NCBI GenBank assembly: GCA_049969675.1
Contig: JBMFOP010000001.1
Location: 32,001 to 96,000, forward strand
Source: Myxococcota bacterium
GTDB lineage: Bacteria; Myxococcota; SpSt-1050
DNA length: 64,000 nt
Direction: 5' to 3'
Shown here: positions 10,520 to 20,263 of the stretch, one piece after another
Numbering within the stretch: position 1 is the stretch's first letter
Layout: each line of letters starts with the position of its first letter
Notes under the pieces: model-generated
Seen by the model: the letters and a program-made list of their open reading frames with translations, nothing else
Told to the model about the DNA's origin: nothing
Databases searched by the model: none
Program-made: the position numbers and the translations under genes

Positions 10520-10559
10520 GAGATGGAGATATTGTGGTAAAATTTTTATAACCAGACAT

Positions 10560-10603
10560 CCGCCGTACGGAATAATCTGTAAAAGATATCTGTCCAGAAT
10601 AAG
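10560..10603 (+). repeat. Solo end(s) of the same IS4-like element family (copy D)
   Basis: ATATCTGTCCAGAATAA is the reverse complement of the copy B end; preceded by a degenerate end motif CCGCCGTACGGAATAATCTGT (17/21 to CTGCTGTCCAGAATAATCTGT). Confidence 0.55.
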
Positions 10604-11039
10604 TCTTTAGTAAAAGGCTTTTGCAGATGTAAAATTATTCATATCTATATGGAGTTGAATCACAAAAGCCAGAATCTTCAATACAGTCTTGATATTCATA
10701 AAAATACTCCTTTCTGTCCCTGAGCCTGCCCTCAGGAACCTGATTTGATTCTGGCTGGCAGGAGCCTGTTTCTTTACTTACCCTGTAACTTAAATGCCAT
10801 GGCTGATGCAATCAATGGTCCAGATACAGCCCCAGATAGTAAAGAAGTAACTACAGAATAGGCAGCAAAACTCCCTGGTACTCAAGACTGCAATGTCGTT
10901 TCTCCCTATCATATAAGTTTATCAGTTGTTTCATAATGCTGTGCGCAATTATGGGGCACCACCAAATTTTTGAATATAAAAATTTTATGGGAAGGCTTTT
11001 TCATAAATGGGATAAGAGAGGGAAATAATCTGGCAGGGA

Positions 11040-11225
11040 CTATTCTGTTTCAATATCAATTCTTTCATAGTATTTCCCATCATTGCTGTTCTCTCTCTTC
11101 TCTTTTTGTGTTATGCTCTCTTCCTCTGGAATTGAATCTTCAATATAGAGTGGTAATTGGATTTCCCTACGCCTTTCTCTTCTTTTTTCCTTCTTCAATT
11201 TTTCAATAATGAAGGCGTCTAACAT
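11040..11225 (-). CDS. Small highly charged hypothetical protein (61 aa, MLDAFIIEKLKKEKRR...)
   Basis: RBS AGGTGG before ATG 11225 and a sigma54-type promoter 30 bp upstream. Confidence 0.7.
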   Translation of the reverse strand: MLDAFIIEKLKKEKRRERRREIQLPLYIEDSIPEEESITQKEKRENSNDGKYYERIDIETE

Positions 11226-11254
11226 AAATCTCACCACCTTTCAAATTACCAGTA

Positions 11255-11270
11255 TGCATCCCTTGTGCCA
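11255..11270 (-). promoter_or_regulatory. Sigma54 (-24/-12) promoter for the small protein gene
   Basis: Minus strand TGGCAC-AAGGG-ATGCA versus consensus TGGCAC-N5-TTGCA. Confidence 0.7.
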
Positions 11271-11322
11271 GAAAATAATGCATAAATATCAATATGTTAG
11301 GCTTGAGCCCCCTTAAACTTTG

Positions 11323-11401
11323 TGACAATATTGTCATATTTACGAATTCTTGCATAGCCTGATAAATATATGTTTGAGCAAGGCAATTGACAACTTTGTC
11401 A
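11323..11401. promoter_or_regulatory. Two TGACA-N4-TGTCA palindromes, candidate enhancer/operator sites
   Basis: TGACAATATTGTCA at 11323-11336 and TGACAACTTTGTCA at 11388-11401, 65 bp apart, upstream of the sigma54 promoter. Confidence 0.6.
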
Positions 11402-11513
11402 GAAATTTAAAATAAGTATAAAATAAATTCCTTATTTTTATAAATATTGTATTCTGACTGTGGTGTATGTGGGATTTTTCTTTAACATCTTATACTATGG
11501 AGAGAATGTGATT

Positions 11514-12503
11514 ATGAAAAAGGGAGTAGTATTATTTCTTTTATTGAGCTTTCTCCCCTCAATTCTTCCTGCCCAATCGTTAGAGGATATACAATTAAAG
11601 AAGAAGGAGGAGAGGCCTCCAATGCTTGATCTGGGCTTTTTGGGGACTTTTGAAGGTTCTATGGGAATTAATGCAGATAGACCTGAATATTACAATGTTG
11701 TTTATGTGGCTCCTCAACTTAAGATAGGACAGTTTATACGGGCACAGCTGAATATGACTATGAACAGGGCTATCCTTGGTAGGCAGGAAAATGCCTTCTC
11801 CTGGACACCTGAGGATTTCTCTCTTGAGTTTGCCCATCTCAAAATCTATAAGGAGCCTTTTACCGGAATCAGCCTCTCGGCTCGAGCAAGATATTATATT
11901 CCTACCTCCAAGCAGTCACAGGATGCCAACTCTTATGGGCAGATGAGAGGATATATTAAATTCTCTTATACTATCTGGAGATTATATTTTGCAGCAGAAT
12001 TTAACGCGCAAAAATACTTCAACGAGTACTATACATGGAATACAAAGGAGGAGGTTGGGACGGAGAAGTGGTATCATCAGGCTGGTAAAGATGAATATGT
12101 AGAGAATAATACCTCCTACGGATTTGGCGAGACATATACTGGTTCTATCAATATTGCTGATGGGCTTGATTTCTCTCTTATATGGGGGATGTATCAGAGC
12201 CAGAAGTATTCACCTGATAGTGGTCATCCGGAGTCATCTGGTAGCAGTTATTTGCAGCTTCCAAGAAGTACTGTCTGGGGTCACACCTATAGATTTGCCG
12301 CTGATCTTACCTATGGAATTGGGAGTATTCCTGCAATAAGGGACTCAGAGACACTTAAAGGAACTCCAGTACCAAATCTGTATATCTCATTAGGATATTC
12401 TATTTTTGCACCACAATTAAAGAATGGCGGAAGGGAATCAAATTTGAATCCGTTTGATCCGAAATATGCCCAATTATATGCAGATTTAAGTCTTGTATTT
12501 TAA
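11514..12503 (+). CDS. Putative outer-membrane beta-barrel protein
   Basis: Signal peptide MKKGVVLFLL...; alternating aromatic strands; terminal YAQLYADLSLVF (C-terminal Phe, Bam-type signal). Confidence 0.65.
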   Translation: MKKGVVLFLLLSFLPSILPAQSLEDIQLKKKEERPPMLDLGFLGTFEGSMGINADRPEYYNVVYVAPQLKIGQFIRAQLNMTMNRAILGRQENAFSWTPEDFSLEFAHLKIYKEPFTGISLSARARYYIPTSKQSQDANSYGQMRGYIKFSYTIWRLYFAAEFNAQKYFNEYYTWNTKEEVGTEKWYHQAGKDEYVENNTSYGFGETYTGSINIADGLDFSLIWGMYQSQKYSPDSGHPESSGSSYLQLPRSTVWGHTYRFAADLTYGIGSIPAIRDSETLKGTPVPNLYISLGYSIFAPQLKNGGRESNLNPFDPKYAQLYADLSLVF

Positions 12504-12526
12504 TTTTTTTAGTAAAGGAGAGAATT

Positions 12527-15500
12527 ATGAGCAAGAGAACATTTTTAGCAATTATCATTATGGCACTTTTGCTTTCTTTCTGTGCTACAGAGCCAGAGCC
12601 TCTGGATAGGACGCAACCAGAGGCAGTCAACAAAGCCATTTTTAGTGGTGAATGGATTTATAAAGCAACTGTAACTGATACAGATTGGGATAATAAATTT
12701 ACATTTATAGGAGAAGAGACGAGCTCTTATATGGGAGATGCCTTCAAGCTTAGATGGGAAATTACAATGGACTATCTAAATGCATATAAAGTTGCACAGA
12801 GGTATATGACCCTTGATGGCAGATTGGTTGAGAATGATGCTGGAGATAAGAGTCTGGTGCTATCTTTTAGAATCAAAAAGCATTACGATATAAGATACCG
12901 ATATAATAGTACGACAAGGGAAGACCTGAATGTTATTGAAGAGAATTATGATAGACCCTGGAATGAGAGAGAATATATGGAGGTTGATTGGTCGCAGAAT
13001 CTGGCTACCAATGTGAGCAATCCGTTGCAGATGGACCTTGCCTCCGGAGAGCTTGTGAGAGAGCCGGTCTCAGTTTATGAAAATGTAGAATTCTTTGCGA
13101 GAGGTGCTACAAAGGATGAAGATTACAAGATTGATACGAGGAAATGGAATCCCAAGAAAGACCCTGAAGTCTATTTAATAAATATTGACCTCAAAGAGTC
13201 AATCAGGTCTCGTCTTGAGAGCTGGATACAACTTTATTATGGTGAATATATGCCTCCGGTGACAGTTAAGACCCGTCACTCACTTATGAAGGCCCTTCCT
13301 ATAGATCAGCAGACCTATAAACCAATGCAGTATGATGATTATTTCTTTAGAAGGTTTGGCTTCTTCAGAACCGAGTATGATACCTATGACCCCGAGAGGG
13401 GACCAATGGAGAATCAGAAACAATACCTTATTAACAGATGGGATTTTTCAAATGGTAAGAAGTTGATATGGTATGCCTCCCCAAGTTTTCAGGAGCAGAT
13501 CAATGAAGGCGATTCAGACCTGAAGGGCTATGCACTCAGGGTTATTGAAGAATGGAATAAGGTACTGAAGGAGGCTCTCGGCAGAACAGATGATGTCCTT
13601 GAATTTAGAGAAAATGAACCTTTGTGTAACGCTGGTGTTAAGGTGATCACAAATTCTGATGGGGTGAAAGTCTGTGAGGATGGGAAACAGGTAACAAATC
13701 TGGATGGCAGTAAGAGATGGAAGTATGAAGTGGGTGATCTAAGATATTCATTCTTAAACTTCATTAAAAAACCTCAAAATGCATCTCCGCTTGGCTATGG
13801 TCCGTTAACGCCTGATGCAGATACTGGTGAGATAGTAAGTGCCACAGTAAATGTATATGGTAATTGGGTGGATTATGTGGTGAGAAGGGCTATGGATCAG
13901 TATGATGTTGCAGCAGGTTTATGTACGCTTGACAATGTAAAGGACGGCTTCTTTTATAATCCAGAGACAGGGAGGTGTGATAGTCAGGTATTTATAGGCA
14001 AGTACAAAGGGGGAGTTGTTCAACCAAAGGCGGCCCCACCATCAGAAGGTGATAAGAAGAATAAAAACAGGTTGAGAACACTCACACCAGCTCTTAAGAC
14101 GGCATATTATCCCAAACTTGATATTCACAAACCAGACCCACAAATCCCCCAGGAACAGATGAAGAAAGACCTTGAAAATCTCAAAGTGCTTTATAAAGAC
14201 CAGCTCAAACATCCTGTTGCGCTGGATCTTAACGGATTTAAGAGCATTAAAGGTACAAAATTTGAATCAATGCTTGTCCCACATTCTACATTCAATTCAT
14301 TGCTGCCCTATGCAAAATCAGCAGATGATGCTGAGGTGGTAGCACTCCTTTCTCCAGCCAGAAGACTCTCTCCAGAATTTCTATATGCAATGAAGAAGGG
14401 TCAGGAGAAGAGGATGCATTATTGTGACGAACCGATTATGTTTGAACCAGCGATTAATGCATTTGTAGAGGAGATGAAAGATAAACCCAGAGATGAAGTA
14501 TATAAAATTTTGAGGAACTGGATATGGTATACAACAGCGCTTCATGAGATGGGACATACACTTGGATTAAGACACAATTTTAGAGGGTCTGTAGACCAGA
14601 GAAATTTCTCTCAAGAGTATTTTGCAGCCTACGATGAATACTGGAAACAGATTGATGCAATAAGAGGCAAATACTGGAATAGAATCAAAAATGGAGATGC
14701 AGAGGCATACGAGGCATATGTTCAGGAGGTTGATGATATAAAATCCATACACAATAGATATGCCTCAACATCTATAATGGACTATCTCGGCGATTGGACA
14801 AAGTGGCAATATCCTGTTGGGAGCTATGACAGGGCGGCAATTCTATTTGGATATGGAAAGAAGGTTGAGGTTTCTGATGGAAAAGGAGGATGGGTACTTG
14901 CGGATTATATGGACGGCGATTTCAGACAGAAAGATTTCTATGATGAAAATGAACTCGCAGAATCTGGAAGGAAGGTTAGATATTATATGTTCTGCTCGGA
15001 TGAAAAGGTATTTGATGACGCCTTCTGTACCAGATTTGATGTTGGGACAACTGCTACTGAGATCGTAAGGAACTTTATTAGAGATGCACAGCCTGCATAT
15101 TTCTTCAAGAACTTCAAGAGACATTCAGCGATGTTTGATGAGAGGAGAGACAGTTACTATATCAACAAATGGCTCTGGACTTACTATACTTATGGCAAGG
15201 CGTTAGGCGAAATGACTCTCGGTTCAATAAGGTATGAAGAGATGTGGGGCTCCATATTTGATGGAATTGATGCAATTAACAGAGGTCCAGAGACAAGGGA
15301 TATGGTTCCGGGGTATCATAGAAATGGTGGTGAAGACCTATTAAGGGCTTCAATGATATTCTATTATTACCTGATTTATGATGTCTTAATGAGGCCTGAT
15401 TACGGTTATTATCAGTTGAGCTATGATACATCACATCAAAAGTACTGGGAATCCACCGAACCACAATATCTTGATGACTCAAAACCCAGTACTTATGTGC

Positions 15501-16513
15501 CTGCTGGGATTGGTTGGGGGTGGATGGATAAATACGACCAGCAAAGAGATATCAATCAGTATTATCCTCATCTTGAGAGGATTGGTGTGGAGCTTGACAA
15601 GATAATTGCACTTGAGATACTGTCAATCCCTGCGGCACTAAATGAACCGTTATATTTTGAAAAGGCAAATGGTGTCAATTTCTGGAACTCTCTCTGGACA
15701 AATAACGGCAGTCAACTCTGGGAGGTAATTAAAGGACTTATCACAGATAACTTCTCACATTATCAAAATCCATGGTGTATTAAATGTGATGCCGCATGCA
15801 GGGCGGACCCGATAAATCATCCTCCAGAGATTAAGACATATCCTGTTGACCTGCTTGAAGGTATGAGAAAAGGCAGACTGATTGGTGGCTGGGTAGAGCC
15901 GACAAGGCCAAATAGATGTGGCTCCGACGACGAGTCTCCGATGCAGCCCGGAATGGATGCACTCTTTGCAATCTATCCGATTTTCTACGCTATTGCCGGT
16001 GCATCACATCCCTGGTATCATAATTCACTATCAGATTATCTTGATTCGCAGGTCGTTGGTGGTGCTCATAGGTTTGATCCACCTCCGGGTGCAAAGACGG
16101 TTACAATGGTTAATAGCTCCGGGACAAAGACATATCTTGCAGCCCAGACGGATGACAATCTGAGTATCTCATATCAACTCGTTTCAAATGGGAGATGGAT
16201 AAATAATCATCTTGCCTATTACACCGCCTGTAATAATGGTGAAGTACCATCTCAGGAGTTAAGAACTGAGATGAATAAAAATTGCAATGATTGGGAGAGC
16301 TGTTGTTCTGATGTCCTTGATTGTTATAATCCTTGGTTAAATCCAAAACCAGAATATTGTGATGCAGAAGGATGGGACATTTTATTTATGTATGATGGAT
16401 TTAAGTATAGAAATCTGGATAGAATTGAGGCAATGCTTATAATGATGCAGGATATGATTGATATCGCCGGGCATTACCAATGGAGGGTCCCTGGGTACCT
16501 TGAAGAACCCTGA
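12527..16513 (+). CDS. Large lipoprotein zinc metalloprotease (metzincin)
   Basis: Lipobox-like LLSFC; HEMGHTLGLRH zinc motif; Met-turn STSIMDY; TGEI..A motif. Confidence 0.88.
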   Translation: MSKRTFLAIIIMALLLSFCATEPEPLDRTQPEAVNKAIFSGEWIYKATVTDTDWDNKFTFIGEETSSYMGDAFKLRWEITMDYLNAYKVAQRYMTLDGRLVENDAGDKSLVLSFRIKKHYDIRYRYNSTTREDLNVIEENYDRPWNEREYMEVDWSQNLATNVSNPLQMDLASGELVREPVSVYENVEFFARGATKDEDYKIDTRKWNPKKDPEVYLINIDLKESIRSRLESWIQLYYGEYMPPVTVKTRHSLMKALPIDQQTYKPMQYDDYFFRRFGFFRTEYDTYDPERGPMENQKQYLINRWDFSNGKKLIWYASPSFQEQINEGDSDLKGYALRVIEEWNKVLKEALGRTDDVLEFRENEPLCNAGVKVITNSDGVKVCEDGKQVTNLDGSKRWKYEVGDLRYSFLNFIKKPQNASPLGYGPLTPDADTGEIVSATVNVYGNWVDYVVRRAMDQYDVAAGLCTLDNVKDGFFYNPETGRCDSQVFIGKYKGGVVQPKAAPPSEGDKKNKNRLRTLTPALKTAYYPKLDIHKPDPQIPQEQMKKDLENLKVLYKDQLKHPVALDLNGFKSIKGTKFESMLVPHSTFNSLLPYAKSADDAEVVALLSPARRLSPEFLYAMKKGQEKRMHYCDEPIMFEPAINAFVEEMKDKPRDEVYKILRNWIWYTTALHEMGHTLGLRHNFRGSVDQRNFSQEYFAAYDEYWKQIDAIRGKYWNRIKNGDAEAYEAYVQEVDDIKSIHNRYASTSIMDYLGDWTKWQYPVGSYDRAAILFGYGKKVEVSDGKGGWVLADYMDGDFRQKDFYDENELAESGRKVRYYMFCSDEKVFDDAFCTRFDVGTTATEIVRNFIRDAQPAYFFKNFKRHSAMFDERRDSYYINKWLWTYYTYGKALGEMTLGSIRYEEMWGSIFDGIDAINRGPETRDMVPGYHRNGGEDLLRASMIFYYYLIYDVLMRPDYGYYQLSYDTSHQKYWESTEPQYLDDSKPSTYVPAGIGWGWMDKYDQQRDINQYYPHLERIGVELDKIIALEILSIPAALNEPLYFEKANGVNFWNSLWTNNGSQLWEVIKGLITDNFSHYQNPWCIKCDAACRADPINHPPEIKTYPVDLLEGMRKGRLIGGWVEPTRPNRCGSDDESPMQPGMDALFAIYPIFYAIAGASHPWYHNSLSDYLDSQVVGGAHRFDPPPGAKTVTMVNSSGTKTYLAAQTDDNLSISYQLVSNGRWINNHLAYYTACNNGEVPSQELRTEMNKNCNDWESCCSDVLDCYNPWLNPKPEYCDAEGWDILFMYDGFKYRNLDRIEAMLIMMQDMIDIAGHYQWRVPGYLEEP

Positions 16514-16539
16514 TGGGATATAATATTATAGATATTTTG

Positions 16540-16567
16540 AAAAAGGCGGTTTTATACCGCCTTTTTT
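16540..16567. terminator. Intrinsic terminator, possibly bidirectional
   Basis: AAAAAGGCGGT-TTTAT-ACCGCCTTTTT perfect stem with flanking A and T tracts. Confidence 0.85.
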
Positions 16568-16692
16568 GTTGACAACTGCAATGATGTGATGTATTAGAAG
16601 TAGTGTCTTTTACTCCCCGCTTAAAATTCAATATTGCGGGTAAATGAATACCAAAATTCCGTCCTTGGTCAACTAATTTGTCAGGAGGTAAA

Positions 16693-17940
16693 ATGAACTT
16701 ATCAGAGTTAAAAGAACTGAAGATTCAGGACCTTGTAAAACTTGCAAAGGACCTCAATGTAGAGGGTGTGAGAGGTATGAGGAAACAGGACCTCATCTTC
16801 GCTATCCTTCAGGCTGAGGCTGAAAAGAACGGTCTGATATATGGAGAGGGAGTGCTTGAGGTCCTTCCAGATGGTTTTGGATTTTTAAGGGCTTCCGATT
16901 ATTCCTATTTACAGGGACCGGATGATATTTACATCTCGCCTTCACAAATTAAAAAATTTAATCTCAGAACTGGAGATACTGTGCTTGGGCAGATTAGACC
17001 CCCTAAAGAAAATGAACATTATTTTGCAATGATAAAGATTGATGCGATCAATTATGAAGACCCCGAAATTGCAAAAGACAAGATTCTATTTGACAATCTG
17101 ACACCACTTTATCCTAATCAGAAGTTTAATCTGGAATATGACCCTGAGAATTACACTACTCGAATTATTGACCTGTTTGCTCCTATCGGGAAGGGACAGA
17201 GATGCCTTATTGTCTCTCCACCGAGGGCTGGTAAGACTGTACTTCTTCAGAATGTGGCAAATGCACTTACTGCTAATCATAAGGATGTATATCTAATAGT
17301 CCTTTTGATAGACGAGAGGCCGGAGGAGGTTACTGATATGGAGCGGTCAGTACAGGGAGAGGTAATCTCTTCAACATTTGATGAACCTCCTCAGAGACAT
17401 GTTCAGGTCGCTGAAATGGTTATTGAGAGGGCAAAGAGACTTGTTGAACATAAAAAAGATGTGGTGATACTGCTTGATTCTATTACAAGGCTTGCGAGGG
17501 CGTATAATACTGTTGTTCCACCTTCTGGAAAGATTCTTTCTGGTGGTGTGGATTCAAATGCCTTGCATAAGCCCAAGAGATTCTTTGGTGCAGCTCGTAA
17601 TGTAGAGGAGGGAGGTTCACTCACAATCATTGGAACGGCATTGATAGATACCGGTTCAAGAATGGATGAGGTAATATTTGAGGAGTTCAAAGGTACGGGT
17701 AATTGTGAAATTGTACTTGATAGAAAATTGATGGAGAAGAGGATTTTTCCAACGCTTGATATTCCCAAGAGCGGAACAAGAAAAGAGGAATTGCTCCTAC
17801 CAGATTGGGCACTTAAGAGGATCTGGATATTGAGGCAGCTCCTTGCACCACTAAATCAGGTAGATGCAATGGAATTTATTCTTGAAAAAATAAAACGCAC
17901 TAAAACAAACAAAGAATTTTTAGAATCAATGAATCAATAA
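16693..17940 (+). CDS. rho: Transcription termination factor Rho
   Basis: DGFGFLR, GPDDIY, PPRAGKT Walker [20 protein letters not shown]. Confidence 0.99.
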   Translation: MNLSELKELKIQDLVKLAKDLNVEGVRGMRKQDLIFAILQAEAEKNGLIYGEGVLEVLPDGFGFLRASDYSYLQGPDDIYISPSQIKKFNLRTGDTVLGQIRPPKENEHYFAMIKIDAINYEDPEIAKDKILFDNLTPLYPNQKFNLEYDPENYTTRIIDLFAPIGKGQRCLIVSPPRAGKTVLLQNVANALTANHKDVYLIVLLIDERPEEVTDMERSVQGEVISSTFDEPPQRHVQVAEMVIERAKRLVEHKKDVVILLDSITRLARAYNTVVPPSGKILSGGVDSNALHKPKRFFGAARNVEEGGSLTIIGTALIDTGSRMDEVIFEEFKGTGNCEIVLDRKLMEKRIFPTLDIPKSGTRKEELLLPDWALKRIWILRQLLAPLNQVDAMEFILEKIKRTKTNKEFLESMNQ

Positions 17941-17950
17941 CAATGTCCTT

Positions 17951-18556
17951 ATGATTAAGAGAATTTTTTGCTTGATTTTAGTACTATTGAACCCTTTACT
18001 TTATGTAGAGTGTTCAGATAGTAACTCTGACAATAATCTATCAGATGCGGGTGCGGATGTATTAATAAGTGGCTGCAATACAATATCCGATTGTTCAGAT
18101 AAAGAGACTAAAGACTCTGTCTGTGTTAAGAAAGGTTGTGTATCAATAGGAGAGGCCTCAAAGTTTCTCCATATAGTATTTTATCCAAAATACATCAGTT
18201 CTGTGGTAAATGATATCAGTTATTTTACATATTATTTCTTTTATCCACTTGATGTGGAAGGGAATAATTTATCCTGTGAAAAACTCCTGAGTGATTTCAA
18301 CTTTAGTCAAAAGAGAGACCTCAACATTATTCAATCATATGAAAAACAGGCGACCATCTCAGCTACTGGCTCAGAGATGTATACACTCCCGTTGCCCACG
18401 ATAAAAGACTCTCTATTGTTCTTCATCTTTTATCAGGAAAATGGGAGTGTAGTTGCTATTGGTTGTAGCGAGAAGATTGATACTACATCAAATGATTCAG
18501 TGGGTATCTTCCCCTGCAAACCAGAGCAGATAAATGCCTGTCTGGGAGAGTTCTAA
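17951..18556 (+). CDS. Secreted Cys-containing hypothetical protein, possible lipoprotein
   Basis: Signal-like N-terminus ending VEC, SDAGAD linker, several Cys. Confidence 0.6.
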   Translation: MIKRIFCLILVLLNPLLYVECSDSNSDNNLSDAGADVLISGCNTISDCSDKETKDSVCVKKGCVSIGEASKFLHIVFYPKYISSVVNDISYFTYYFFYPLDVEGNNLSCEKLLSDFNFSQKRDLNIIQSYEKQATISATGSEMYTLPLPTIKDSLLFFIFYQENGSVVAIGCSEKIDTTSNDSVGIFPCKPEQINACLGEF

Positions 18557-19494
18557 TCTGAGTTACCATTTGTTCTTTCAAACTCCCTTTTTAGATTTTT
18601 ATAGTTGTCCGCGGTATAGCAGAGTGTATCTGTTATCTTATAGGTCTTATCTTCAATCTCTATCCTGGTCTGTCTGATTCTACAGGCGGCATTTATAGAA
18701 TGACCAATTTCACCAGAAAGTTCAACTATCTTATCAAAGTTGTCAGTATTTTCAGAGGATCTTTCAGCGGCTATCTGTGCAGAGGTAATTGTGGCATCAG
18801 TGGATTTGTCTAAGAGCTCAAAGGTCTGTTCTTCTTTAATTTTCTCTCGGAGTTGTTTTTTTGTCTTAGGATTATCTTCTGACAACTCTTTTGCATCTTT
18901 AGCAACAGCAGTTGTATCCTGCTTTATCCTCTTTGCCTCATCAAATCCAAATTTTTCATTTTTAGCAATATTTTTGGAATCTGACACAAGATTGGCAGAG
19001 CTATTTGTTAGAGAAGCACCGATTAATATGCCTTCTTCTCCTTTTTTCTGATAACCAATCAATGCACCGGTGGATGTCAATCCACTCTTAAGTGCGGTTT
19101 CTTCTATACTGTTGCCGATAGAACCTGCAGCCAGAGAGTTAGCAATATTTGCCCCTCTTTGCCCATTTTTAACCGCACCAATTGAAGTAGCAGACCCAAC
19201 AGCACACATTTTTGCTCCTGCTAAAATGAATGAATCCCCTGAGCCAGTTTTGATAAAGTTATTAATGTCTCCTGATGCAACCCCAGCAGTTTTTGAGACC
19301 AAATTTAAGGTTGTCGCTCCTTCGTCATATCCCATCTGTTTTAAATTTTGAGATGCCCCTTCTATTACACCTATTCCCGCAGATGCATAATCTCCTGTTG
19401 CCACATCTAAACCGGCACATGCATAATCTCCTATGTATTTATATTTTTCTGGTAAAAGATTATCGGTTGCATAGTTTAATAACTTTCCTAACAT
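18553..19494 (-). CDS. Gly/Ala-rich hypothetical protein, candidate T3SS translocator or pore-former
   Basis: No signal peptide; Gly/Ala-rich weakly hydrophobic helices in the first half, charged helical C-terminal half; 1 bp from upstream gene. Confidence 0.5.
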   Translation of the reverse strand: MLGKLLNYATDNLLPEKYKYIGDYACAGLDVATGDYASAGIGVIEGASQNLKQMGYDEGATTLNLVSKTAGVASGDINNFIKTGSGDSFILAGAKMCAVGSATSIGAVKNGQRGANIANSLAAGSIGNSIEETALKSGLTSTGALIGYQKKGEEGILIGASLTNSSANLVSDSKNIAKNEKFGFDEAKRIKQDTTAVAKDAKELSEDNPKTKKQLREKIKEEQTFELLDKSTDATITSAQIAAERSSENTDNFDKIVELSGEIGHSINAACRIRQTRIEIEDKTYKITDTLCYTADNYKNLKREFERTNGNSD

Positions 19495-19495
19495 A

Positions 19496-20248
19496 TTAGT
19501 CCTCCTTTTCTTTTAATCTATCAATTTCACTACTATTCCCTGTCCAATATGCATAAGCGTATTGATCTGTTTCTGTCATAAGCTTGAGATTTGTCTCGTT
19601 TTCCACTTTTTTGGTATTTCTTTCAATAGAGGCAGCTAATCTTATACAGTTGCTGGCATCAAAATTAAATGCATCTATATCTCCGCTCTTTAACTTCTGA
19701 ACCTGTTCTCTATAGTTATCAAGCCCTTTACCTTTATTTGGAGTCTCTTTATCTCCTCCCCTTTCTTCAATTTCTACAAAGTTTTCAAGAACAGTTAGAA
19801 GACGTTGCTTTTCAGATTCACTCATATATGGATTATTTAAAGAATCGTTGATATTTTTTATGGATGCCTGAAGGCTTTTGAGATTTCTTCTCAATTCTTC
19901 TTCGTTCTTTGCTTTATTGTTAACATTTCCCAGCCCTGCTACATTGACACCCATCCAGTCCAGAGATTTGTCCAATACAGTGCCAATAGGAACAATTGTA
20001 CCAAGTGCATGACCACATAGATTAAATAGACCTTTTCTCCTTTTTCTCTTTTTTTGAGCGGACTGATATTTATTTTTATAATTTTCAATAATTTTTTCTA
20101 TGTCCTGATCTGTCAACTCTGGTAAATACTCCTTTCTCTCTGTTTGATTTCTCTGGTGATTCTGTACTTTTGGTGATTGATATTGAATATCTGAATATAC
20201 ATTATAGATATTATCAGTACTATAATTGATGTTATTACTAATTTCCAT
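19496..20248 (-). CDS. Hypothetical protein, candidate T3SS translocator or effector
   Basis: Polar N-terminus, basic cluster QKKRKRRKGLF followed by a hydrophobic stretch and coiled coil; RBS GGAGG favours ATG 20248 (ORF track starts at 20260). Confidence 0.5.
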   Translation of the reverse strand: MEISNNINYSTDNIYNVYSDIQYQSPKVQNHQRNQTERKEYLPELTDQDIEKIIENYKNKYQSAQKKRKRRKGLFNLCGHALGTIVPIGTVLDKSLDWMGVNVAGLGNVNNKAKNEEELRRNLKSLQASIKNINDSLNNPYMSESEKQRLLTVLENFVEIEERGGDKETPNKGKGLDNYREQVQKLKSGDIDAFNFDASNCIRLAASIERNTKKVENETNLKLMTETDQYAYAYWTGNSSEIDRLKEKED

Positions 20249-20263
20249 ATTACCCTCCATATA

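Noticed and set aside
16613..16642. Riboswitch in the rho leader (CCCGC...GCGGG stem)
   Set aside because: Only a 5-bp stem and no recognisable riboswitch consensus
19496..20260. Nuclear localisation signal (KKRKRRK) implying a eukaryote-targeted effector
   Set aside because: Basic runs are common in this Lys-rich proteome and also precede TM segments; no independent support
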